IMG/VR virus record: IMGVR_UViG_3300020050_015887
Coordinates: 1 to 64,000 of that record
Source: a virus
Lineage: Duplodnaviria > Caudoviricetes
Direction: 5' to 3' (one strand)
DNA length: 64,000 nucleotides
Shown here one piece after another: positions 49,169 through 56,900 of the stretch (its first letter is position 1; each line of letters begins with the position of its first letter). The translations under genes and the position numbers were made by a program. The notes beneath the pieces are model-generated. The model was not told where the DNA came from. It saw only the letters and a list, made by a program, of their open reading frames with translations, and ran no database searches.

Positions 49169-49644
49169 GGTAGGTTTAATCCAGATATTACTTTTAATAA
49201 AATCCAGTTATTCTTAGCACAAATTCCTGCCAATTGACCACGCGGATCATCATCCACCAATATAACTTGATCGCCTTTTTTTTGATATTTTTTAATCTCT
49301 TTTTGTTTAAAATATCCATAACTTGTTTTATCATTTGATGAACGCATTATTAATTTACGTTTAGGAAATTTATGTTTGGTTAACCATTTTACGGTTATTG
49401 CTCTATACTTTTCATCTCTGCTAGTTAGATAAACAAACTTACCTAATTTTCTAGCAAGTGTACGCATAGACTTAATAACTTTGTCATTAAGCATGTCATG
49501 TTCTTTTTGAACAAGGTCCAACCAATGTAAATATTCAGCACTATAATGCGTTTTATTTTTAGGTGCTTTAATAGACTTAAGACGGCGTGAGCTATCACAC
49601 ACCGTACCGTCTAAATCAACATAAATTTTTACTTTATTCTTCAT
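49165..49644 (-). CDS. HAD-superfamily phosphatase
   Basis: YVDLDGT motif I, LTSR motif II, LVDDDP motif IV; ATG 49644. Confidence 0.8.
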   Translation of the reverse strand: MKNKVKIYVDLDGTVCDSSRRLKSIKAPKNKTHYSAEYLHWLDLVQKEHDMLNDKVIKSMRTLARKLGKFVYLTSRDEKYRAITVKWLTKHKFPKRKLIMRSSNDKTSYGYFKQKEIKKYQKKGDQVILVDDDPRGQLAGICAKNNWILLKVISGLNLP

Positions 49645-49659
49645 AATAAATATTTGCAA

Positions 49660-49862
49660 GCGGGTTAGGCTGAGTAGCTACGCTCTCGATTAACCAATGC
49701 TACCGTGATCAGCGGCTTCCAGATTGATCACCTAACCTATTTTAACGCAACTTTGCGTGAGCAAAACGCAATATTACCGCCTGCTGGTCCCTCTGAGCTT
49801 TCGCAGCGAGGGGTCACTTGTTTGGAGCATGTATTGCATCTATGTCTGCAACACCAAACAAA
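49660..49862 (-). ncRNA. candidate structured RNA (unassigned)
   Basis: GC-rich 200-nt intergenic stretch with several nested helices and a GAAA tetraloop; no tRNA or known riboswitch signature recognised. Confidence 0.45.
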
Positions 49863-49863
49863 C

Positions 49864-51066
49864 TTAAACCATCTTTACAGTTTTACCAACCTTTTTCAAA
49901 GGATGATCAACTTGTCCTTGTTTAGAAATAATCCAAAGGATGTTATTATTAAGATGATATTTTCTATTGGCTTCACCATAATAACCGTCCGTCAACACGA
50001 CCGTAAGATCTGGTTGAAGCTTTTCAACCGTCTCTAACACACAGTTTGGATCGGTACCACCACCAGTAATATCTTTAGAGTTTAAATCTTTGCGCAATTT
50101 GTATTTAATTGTGTTACGCATTGCTGTATCCCAAAAACTTAGCTTACAATCATTCTCACCAACTTTTAAGAAACCATCAATAACCTTTAAGCACTCATTA
50201 ATTTCTTTATATGAAATACTACCGGACACATCCATAAAAAAGTGAATGCTTGGTAATTTAGCTTTGGTTGTACCAGGAGCATAAACACCATAACGTTTAT
50301 TAGGCCGGTTCCATGTGCTTGCACGGTTTTTTGACGTTGCAGTTTTCTTAATACAAGCAGCTAAAATACGTTTATAGTCAAGCGCACCAATTTGGCTATC
50401 AATCTTTTGAATCAAATCCCGCATAAAATCTGGAATGTTGCTATGACCAAACTTTGTTTTATCAATAGTGCGTTCAAAAATATCTTTGGTTTGTTCTAAA
50501 AATTTACGTTTTTCACTCTCAGACAATTGGTCAAACCAATCGTGAACGTCAAATTCTCCACCCTCACCAGTATATTTCTTTAGTTCTTCTTTAGTTTCTT
50601 CAGTAAGATTTTCAGGATGTTCTAAAAGGTCTAGATACAACTCAAACAATTTTTGTTCAGGAAAAGGTTGTGGTTTCTTATTATCATCAATATAAGAAAA
50701 CTTCTTAACGTCAACACAATCAGCAGGCAAGCCTGGAATGTATTGATTAATTGCCATATCCATAGCAATGTTTAATAATTTTTTATCATTCTTTTCAAAC
50801 TCAAACGCTCTAAAAATATGTTGGTGAACAAAATGAAGAATTTCATGCCACAATACGGCACCACGTTCAACCGTTGTTTTAGCAGCAAACCATTCATAAT
50901 TGATTTCAATCCAAAACAATGCGCGTTCTTTATCGTACATTAACGCAGCAGTTGGAATACGATTTGTATATCGAATATTAACTTCTTGAATTAATGCAGC
51001 ATAGAATGCATTTTTCTTAGAAAGTTCGTAAATTGCAGATTCAAGATATTTGCTATCAAAATTCAT
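49864..51066 (-). CDS. DUF2201-type metallopeptidase-like plus VWA domain protein
   Basis: WHEILHFVHQH, NIAMDMAINQ, WNRPNKR, MDVSGSI (MIDAS), GGGTD, LTDGY. Confidence 0.88.
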   Translation of the reverse strand: MNFDSKYLESAIYELSKKNAFYAALIQEVNIRYTNRIPTAALMYDKERALFWIEINYEWFAAKTTVERGAVLWHEILHFVHQHIFRAFEFEKNDKKLLNIAMDMAINQYIPGLPADCVDVKKFSYIDDNKKPQPFPEQKLFELYLDLLEHPENLTEETKEELKKYTGEGGEFDVHDWFDQLSESEKRKFLEQTKDIFERTIDKTKFGHSNIPDFMRDLIQKIDSQIGALDYKRILAACIKKTATSKNRASTWNRPNKRYGVYAPGTTKAKLPSIHFFMDVSGSISYKEINECLKVIDGFLKVGENDCKLSFWDTAMRNTIKYKLRKDLNSKDITGGGTDPNCVLETVEKLQPDLTVVLTDGYYGEANRKYHLNNNILWIISKQGQVDHPLKKVGKTVKMV

Positions 51067-51083
51067 TTGTTCACCTTTTAATA

Positions 51084-51112
51084 ATTATAATACAAATCTA
51101 TAATAAAAGCAA
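51084..51112 (-). promoter_or_regulatory. sigma70-like promoter
   Basis: TTGCTT-17 nt-TATAAT upstream of the VWA gene. Confidence 0.6.
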
Positions 51113-51120
51113 GAAAAATA

Positions 51121-51148
51121 TGTCCCGTTTTGGTCACACTACGGGACA
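51121..51148 (-). terminator. hairpin / probable intrinsic terminator after the AAA gene
   Basis: TGTCCCGT...ACGGGACA stem followed by ATATTTTTC on the - strand. Confidence 0.6.
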
Positions 51149-51200
51149 AGAGTGTCGAAAGGAGAGAAGCCGATAGCTTCAATTGACCATCCAGACGATA

Positions 51201-52256
51201 TTAGTCTTTTAGACGAGATTTTAGGTGTTCAGTAAGTTCTTTACTGCTACCAATGATACGCTCAGCCAACTTTTCTTCATTACGAACAAAACTTAGTTCT
51301 TTAATAAGAACAATAGCTTGGTCGGCTGGAATGGTGAGTAACACTTCTCTTAGCAAGTCATCAGAAATTTCATTTGTTTTAATGATATCCTTAATGGTGA
51401 TGCTAATTTGAGCGTTATTATACGATTTTGGATTGCTGTATGTTTCTAGGCGACCCAATGCCTTTTTCTTAGTTTTTGCATTAGCTAAATTCTCATACAA
51501 CACGGGTACTTCATTGTACAAGAAGCTGTAAAATGCATTACCGTAGTTATCACCAAGAATAGATTGAAATACTTCAAGTTCCATTTCTCGGGGAATACCA
51601 GCGGCTAATACACTATTTACTTGAGCAAAAGAACGTGGCGACACATACTTATTACCAGTGTTCTCAGCAACTTTTTCTGGGTTAACGTATTTCCAGATAC
51701 CACTTTGCACAAACATAACCAGACGTTCATCCCATTTGTTAACTTCCATATAATCAACAAACGTTTTTTGGTCATATTCTACTTCAAACATGACGAAACG
51801 ATTTTTAAGTGCGCTATCCATGACGTTAACATCATAGGATTCGGTTTCTGGGTTAATGGCACCAACAATCAACCATCCTTCGGGAAGATGGTATTCATGG
51901 ATCTTACGGTCGGTGAGAAGTTGCATAAACGTGTTCATAACGCTTGTAGTACCGCGATTGGGTTCTTCAAGTAGCAACACCCCTTCACCGGTAGTGGGAA
52001 GCCAGCTTGGTGGATTATGCACAGTAACTTGACGATCACCAACTAGCGTGATGCTAGGAAATCCAATGATGTCTGGTGCCTCAAGATATGCTGCACGCAA
52101 ATCAATAAATGGCATGTTATTTTCAGCACACCATTGTTGAATTACACTACTTTTCGCGACTCCTGGGGGTCCCACAAACAGCGGGTTAAGCAACCCCTTG
52201 GATTTACGAACATTTCTTGCCATGTCTAGAACGTTTTTAATTTGCGATGGTTTCAT
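51201..52256 (-). CDS. MoxR-like AAA+ ATPase
   Basis: GPPGVAKS Walker A, LLLEEPNR Walker B, GAINP sensor 1, DSALKNRF Arg finger, SPRS. Confidence 0.88.
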   Translation of the reverse strand: MKPSQIKNVLDMARNVRKSKGLLNPLFVGPPGVAKSSVIQQWCAENNMPFIDLRAAYLEAPDIIGFPSITLVGDRQVTVHNPPSWLPTTGEGVLLLEEPNRGTTSVMNTFMQLLTDRKIHEYHLPEGWLIVGAINPETESYDVNVMDSALKNRFVMFEVEYDQKTFVDYMEVNKWDERLVMFVQSGIWKYVNPEKVAENTGNKYVSPRSFAQVNSVLAAGIPREMELEVFQSILGDNYGNAFYSFLYNEVPVLYENLANAKTKKKALGRLETYSNPKSYNNAQISITIKDIIKTNEISDDLLREVLLTIPADQAIVLIKELSFVRNEEKLAERIIGSSKELTEHLKSRLKD

Positions 52257-52311
52257 TTAACTACTATCTCCTTTTGGTTAATGCTTTATATTATGTATAT
52301 TAACATGACTA

Positions 52312-52560
52312 TTATAATTTGTCTAGTAAATTGTTTACGGTGGTAGAAATAATTTCTTTTTTTAAAGCGTTTTCACAATCTTTTTTAGTTGCTCTATTAT
52401 CTAACCACAAAGCCATTTTATCTTTTATAACACTTTTTAAATGATTTGTTTGATATGTTAAATCTTCTTTTCCAAATTCAGGATAAAATACAGTAAGTAA
52501 AAATATATATTCGTTTAAAGTTACATAAATTTCATCACAGCCAAGTTTAATACAAATCAT
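52312..52560 (-). CDS. C-terminal-motif family protein (ISTTVNNLLDKL)
   Basis: Shared motif. Confidence 0.7.
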   Translation of the reverse strand: MICIKLGCDEIYVTLNEYIFLLTVFYPEFGKEDLTYQTNHLKSVIKDKMALWLDNRATKKDCENALKKEIISTTVNNLLDKL

Positions 52561-52561
52561 A

Positions 52562-52822
52562 TTATTTTAATAATTTATCTATGTTAGTGGTAAAATTATC
52601 TTTTAAAATTAATTCATTAATAATGGGCATTCCCTTTGCGTCATAGTCGGTATCCAACACATAATTAATGTTTTGGCTAATAAAACAAGCTACATTCATT
52701 TTTTTAAATAAACCGGTAGATAAATAATCTTTGTGAACAAAATAAACACTTTCCATATCTTTATCTTCAACGTTTTTATTTAATGCCAAATCGGTGATAT
52801 AATCGTATAAAAAATATCTCAT
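52562..52822 (-). CDS. C-terminal-motif family protein (FTTNIDKLLK)
   Basis: Shared motif. Confidence 0.7.
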   Translation of the reverse strand: MRYFLYDYITDLALNKNVEDKDMESVYFVHKDYLSTGLFKKMNVACFISQNINYVLDTDYDAKGMPIINELILKDNFTTNIDKLLK

Positions 52823-53295
52823 AAAATTACCTCAAGTTGTTGATTTACCAATGTAATTTGAGTGGGTAAAGAAGCGTCAAATACACACAAACAGCTAGGT
52901 TTTGTATTACTGGACGTACTGCCGTCAAATTGAATTCTACCAGAAATAATAAAAATTTGATTAGGTAGGCTATCTTTAAAATATTTGGTTGTTATCTTCT
53001 CTAGGGGTATGAGCATAACAATTTTAGCACCCTTATCACGCTCTATATGGGCTTTAGCAAGCCAATCATACGCATTTGAATAGGGAGGGTTACACCAAGC
53101 ATATCCGTTGATTTTATGCCATTCTTGTTGAAAACTGTCTATTCCTTGGTTGTAATAATAGCCGTTAATACATTTAGAATTGTGTGTTTCACATGCTAAA
53201 TCCCACACAAAATTGTATTTGTTGTTCACGATATTATAAAACCAATCCGGTGTTACCCAATTGTCCTTGCCACTAGAATGTTCAACAAGTTTCAT
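52819..53295 (-). CDS. phage DNA N6-adenine methyltransferase (Dam-type)
   Basis: DNWVTPDWF, FVWDLAC, WCNPPYS, ISGRIQF. Confidence 0.85.
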   Translation of the reverse strand: MKLVEHSSGKDNWVTPDWFYNIVNNKYNFVWDLACETHNSKCINGYYYNQGIDSFQQEWHKINGYAWCNPPYSNAYDWLAKAHIERDKGAKIVMLIPLEKITTKYFKDSLPNQIFIISGRIQFDGSTSSNTKPSCLCVFDASLPTQITLVNQQLEVIL

Positions 53296-53549
53296 GCCAA
53301 CACCTTTTCAATAACATTATTGATGTTACGTTGTTTTAACCAAATAATAAAATTGGGGTTATGTTGAAATAACGGGTCAAGAGTTAAAAAATACGGTTTT
53401 TGAAGTGTATTTAAATAGGTATAAAAATAATCTTTATTTACAAAACCGTTATAACCGTCATCGTTATAAAACGACAAACAAAATTCTCTGTACAACTCAG
53501 GGTCAACTTGTATTTCTTCTGTTCCAATTTTTATTGTTAATAACTTCAT
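53292..53549 (-). CDS. C-terminal-motif family protein (INNVIEKVLA)
   Basis: Shared motif; ATGA overlaps. Confidence 0.75.
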   Translation of the reverse strand: MKLLTIKIGTEEIQVDPELYREFCLSFYNDDGYNGFVNKDYFYTYLNTLQKPYFLTLDPLFQHNPNFIIWLKQRNINNVIEKVLA

Positions 53550-53911
53550 AACTTATTATACCCCGTTTCAGTTGTATAATAAACATTTTTTATTCCATAT
53601 TGCTTAATAATTTCTTGACACACTGAACAAGGTTTAGACATGGCCATGCTACCGTCTTGCAATTCTCTATACACGTAAATGCTTCCACCTTGGGTTTCTT
53701 CTATAGACAATCCCAATAAGGTTTTAAATTCTGCATGGATATAACCACCCCAACCTTTACTTTTTGTATGGGTTTTAGTCATGTCGTTAGAAGCAAAGTT
53801 TAATACCCGATGTTTTTTATCTAGAACAACGGCACCAAGTTTAAATTTACTATTGGATTTTTGGGCAGACTTCTTGGCTAGTCTAAAAAATTGCTTTTTC
53901 ATTTTAAACAT
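53546..53911 (-). CDS. cytidine/dCMP deaminase-like zinc protein
   Basis: KLGAVV, IHAEF, SKPCSVC, GIKNVYYT. Confidence 0.85.
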   Translation of the reverse strand: MFKMKKQFFRLAKKSAQKSNSKFKLGAVVLDKKHRVLNFASNDMTKTHTKSKGWGGYIHAEFKTLLGLSIEETQGGSIYVYRELQDGSMAMSKPCSVCQEIIKQYGIKNVYYTTETGYNKL

Positions 53912-54180
53912 TTCTCAACATTATCTAAAATGATTAATTGTAATTTATGTTCTTTATATATTTCATGAACATCACAGCCATCAAACCAAATACAAAATTT
54001 GCCGTCTATATTTTTACAACACCAATTATATAATAAAAAATCATCGATTTGTTCAAATAAATAATTAATCTGTGTTTCTGAAAGAACTATAGTTGTTAAA
54101 GGTTGCGCGTCCGATTTAACTCCTTCTCCGTCTGGTGTCATGTCGGCAACACTATAAATTTTTATTATCCGATCCATCAC
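53899..54180 (-). CDS. C-terminal-motif family protein (ILDNVEKCLK)
   Basis: Shared motif. Confidence 0.7.
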   Translation of the reverse strand: MMDRIIKIYSVADMTPDGEGVKSDAQPLTTIVLSETQINYLFEQIDDFLLYNWCCKNIDGKFCIWFDGCDVHEIYKEHKLQLIILDNVEKCLK

Positions 54181-54189
54181 ATTATTATA

Positions 54190-54456
54190 TCACAGGCTAT
54201 TAATAATGTCATCTACTGGTTTACTAAAAATTACTTCTTTAATTAATTTTACCGTTTCAGGAAAACTATATACAATTGGTCCTTTGTCGCCATGTATTTG
54301 TTTAAATGAACCTAAGCTGCTATGTTTAAATTTATAATAATTATCATGTGCTTTGACTATTGCTTCAGCCGTAGATTCGTTTACGATATACGTTGAAACG
54401 GTGAAACTACCATCATTTGTATCGTTATATTCAATTAATTGAATATTATATTGCAT
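54190..54456 (-). CDS. C-terminal-motif family protein (FSKPVDDIINSL)
   Basis: Shared motif. Confidence 0.6.
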   Translation of the reverse strand: MQYNIQLIEYNDTNDGSFTVSTYIVNESTAEAIVKAHDNYYKFKHSSLGSFKQIHGDKGPIVYSFPETVKLIKEVIFSKPVDDIINSL

Positions 54457-55120
54457 TTAATAACTCTTTGTTTTTCTTAAGTGAATAATTAATAAACACT
54501 TCTTTACCGAGAACAGGCCAAAATAATTTAGCTGTATTGTATAACTTTTTTACAAGTGCCATCTTATCGTACTCGCCTGTAAAATTTTCACATAGTTCTA
54601 AAGTACCATCTTCTTTGAAAAACAACCAAACTCTATCACCTTCTTTATACTCAGTGTCTTCAATAGCATCAACAATTTTTGTTTCATTTGTGCGTTCTGA
54701 AGTCATAGTTGTTTGACTGAGAGTTTTTCTACTACTCCAACGTTTAACGTCTTGAACGTTTAAAGCTTCTTTAATATACCTGTGATATACTTCTACGTAA
54801 TCATTTTTATCGTATAGAATGCTATTGATAACATCTTTAATAAAATCACGTAGTGCTTGTTCGCGATTACCAGAACGGATAGCACTTCCCTTGTAAGTGA
54901 TATCCCCGTCACTATCTAACATTACGTAGTTCTTAGCCTTGAACACTATCGTTTTACGGAAATACCCATCTGGTGCAAAATTAATAAGCTCAGGAAATAA
55001 TCCGTTTAACTCTTCTAATAAATCGTGTTGTTCTTGTTCTGTAAATTCAGAACCATCTGGTTTATTAACCATAATCGAATCAGTGTCAGCATTGGTTAAA
55101 ATAAAATTATAGGTTTTCAT
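54446..55120 (-). CDS. family B DNA polymerase, C-terminal part
   Basis: Motif C NADTDSI, KAKNY, YKGS. Confidence 0.85.
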   Translation of the reverse strand: MKTYNFILTNADTDSIMVNKPDGSEFTEQEQHDLLEELNGLFPELINFAPDGYFRKTIVFKAKNYVMLDSDGDITYKGSAIRSGNREQALRDFIKDVINSILYDKNDYVEVYHRYIKEALNVQDVKRWSSRKTLSQTTMTSERTNETKIVDAIEDTEYKEGDRVWLFFKEDGTLELCENFTGEYDKMALVKKLYNTAKLFWPVLGKEVFINYSLKKNKELLNAI

Positions 55121-55389
55121 TTTAATACACTCTCAACAACATTATTAATTTTGTTTTGTTGTAAAACGGTTTCAATTGTCAAATATATAGGCTTAGGAAC
55201 AAAAAATAATTCATCTTGTATGTTACCAAATACAAAACCACCTTGTGATACTCTATATTTGTTTAAAACCCAATATAATGACATCTTTTTTTGTTGAATA
55301 AAATATTTATCCAAAATAATTTCTTTTGAATTATCAATTTCTAAACGACTATTTTCAAGAGTATAAATTACAATCATTCTACATTCCAT
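55117..55389 (-). CDS. C-terminal-motif family protein (INNVVESVLK) between the two PolB halves
   Basis: Shared motif; overlaps both polymerase ORFs. Confidence 0.7.
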   Translation of the reverse strand: MECRMIVIYTLENSRLEIDNSKEIILDKYFIQQKKMSLYWVLNKYRVSQGGFVFGNIQDELFFVPKPIYLTIETVLQQNKINNVVESVLK

Positions 55390-56900
55390 TCTTTATAAGA
55401 TTTTCCCGTTGCCCATTTAATGGATGTTTCTAAAATTTCTCTACCTTTTCTAGTCACTTCAGAAGCAGAATTAGAATCGTTAAAACACAAACCGGGCGCA
55501 CCAAGCAACCCGTAGGAACTATTGATAAAAATTTTCCTTGAGTTACTTACATCTTCATAATACTTATTTTTGGTTTTATTGTATTCTTGTTTGTCTAGAA
55601 GTCTTTGGTCTGTAAAATACTTTAAGATTTTAAGGAACACTTTCTGTGGGTCTTTAAATTTAGGGTAAATTTCATATTGCAACATGACGCTAGGGTACAA
55701 ACTGCTGATATCCCACTTGATGCAATTTGACCAAATCCCGGGATTGCCCCAGCTAATTGCTCCTGTAAACTCTCTACCCTCACTAGTTTTAGGAATGCTA
55801 TGTCCTTGTTGTAAATAAGCACGCACAAGCATTGAATTAACTTGGCTACCAGTTGCACTTTCAACAATTGATTGAAATGCTTTAGGTACGTTTTGAGCAA
55901 AATAAAATGTTGGTGCAATCATTAAATCATACAATTTTAATGCATCGTCGGCGTCGTGTTCGCAATATTGTTTAATCTTTTCCCATTCTGTTTTATCTTT
56001 ATAATTATGTCTAATGGTAGATGCATCATAAAATACTCGATTAGGGTCTTCCAAACCTTCTTTACTGATAATAGGTTTTAACCCATAGCTATCGTATTTC
56101 TTTTTAACAACATCATATCTAATAGCAACAAACAAAGTGTCACAAATTTCACGTCCAAAACAACGCACCTTATGATAGTTTAAAAATTGTGTCTGGTCTT
56201 TACGAAACTTACTTTCATATTGTTCAAACACAATGTCACTACCGTCTCTACCTAATTCTAAAGATGTTAGGTGTTCTTGTGCGCATAAATTTAAATAGGG
56301 TAGGTCAAACGAATAGATATTATGTCCAATGATAATTGAAGGGTCTTTTTCTCTTACCCATTTGCACCAAGCTTTAATCATTTCACCCTGGTTTGCATAA
56401 TCATCGTAAGCAAATAGTTTACGTTCAATAACGCCATTTTTGCGGAATGTATTAGAAATTAATAAAACCTTGTCTTTCGATGTATATTCTAAACTTGTGG
56501 TTTCAATGTCAAAAGAAAGAATTGACACTTCTTTATAATCCATACCTTTATAATAAGTGTATCCTTCTTTAACTAGAAAAGATTCTTTAGCGTCATAAAT
56601 AGAATAAATGTCTTTTTCTTTAAAAAACCGACGAGCTTTAATAAAGTCTAATCTTTCATTAAACTTTTTACCCCACTTGTAATGTAAGTCACCTTTTAAA
56701 CGAATGCTTTTTTCATCAAGCTTTTCATTAGATAAAATCCAATAACTATTTTTTACAAATTGTTTGGTAATGGTGCCGTCTTGGTTTTCAATAAATAATA
56801 ACGTTTGTTCATCTAAGGGTTCAACAGAAACAATACGCTCAAGGTCTTGTTTACCGTACACTAAATTTTTAATTTCATTGTCCATTATTATGGGTTCCAA
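55374..56900 (-). CDS. family B DNA polymerase, N-terminal part (exonuclease plus motifs A and B)
   Basis: SFDIETT, IIGHNIYSFDLPYL, YCEHD, WDISSLYPS, KIFINSSYGLLG. Confidence 0.9.
   Translation of the reverse strand: MEPIIMDNEIKNLVYGKQDLERIVSVEPLDEQTLLFIENQDGTITKQFVKNSYWILSNEKLDEKSIRLKGDLHYKWGKKFNERLDFIKARRFFKEKDIYSIYDAKESFLVKEGYTYYKGMDYKEVSILSFDIETTSLEYTSKDKVLLISNTFRKNGVIERKLFAYDDYANQGEMIKAWCKWVREKDPSIIIGHNIYSFDLPYLNLCAQEHLTSLELGRDGSDIVFEQYESKFRKDQTQFLNYHKVRCFGREICDTLFVAIRYDVVKKKYDSYGLKPIISKEGLEDPNRVFYDASTIRHNYKDKTEWEKIKQYCEHDADDALKLYDLMIAPTFYFAQNVPKAFQSIVESATGSQVNSMLVRAYLQQGHSIPKTSEGREFTGAISWGNPGIWSNCIKWDISSLYPSVMLQYEIYPKFKDPQKVFLKILKYFTDQRLLDKQEYNKTKNKYYEDVSNSRKIFINSSYGLLGAPGLCFNDSNSASEVTRKGREILETSIKWATGKSYKEWNVE

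Noticed and set aside
49705-50037. + strand 110-aa ORF overlapping the VWA gene end and the structured region
   Set aside because: Antisense to a well-supported gene, GTG start without RBS, no recognisable motif
55121-55373. Group I intron or intein explaining the PolB split
   Set aside because: No P7/terminal-G intron features or Cys/His-Asn intein ends; the gap is filled by an intact ORF
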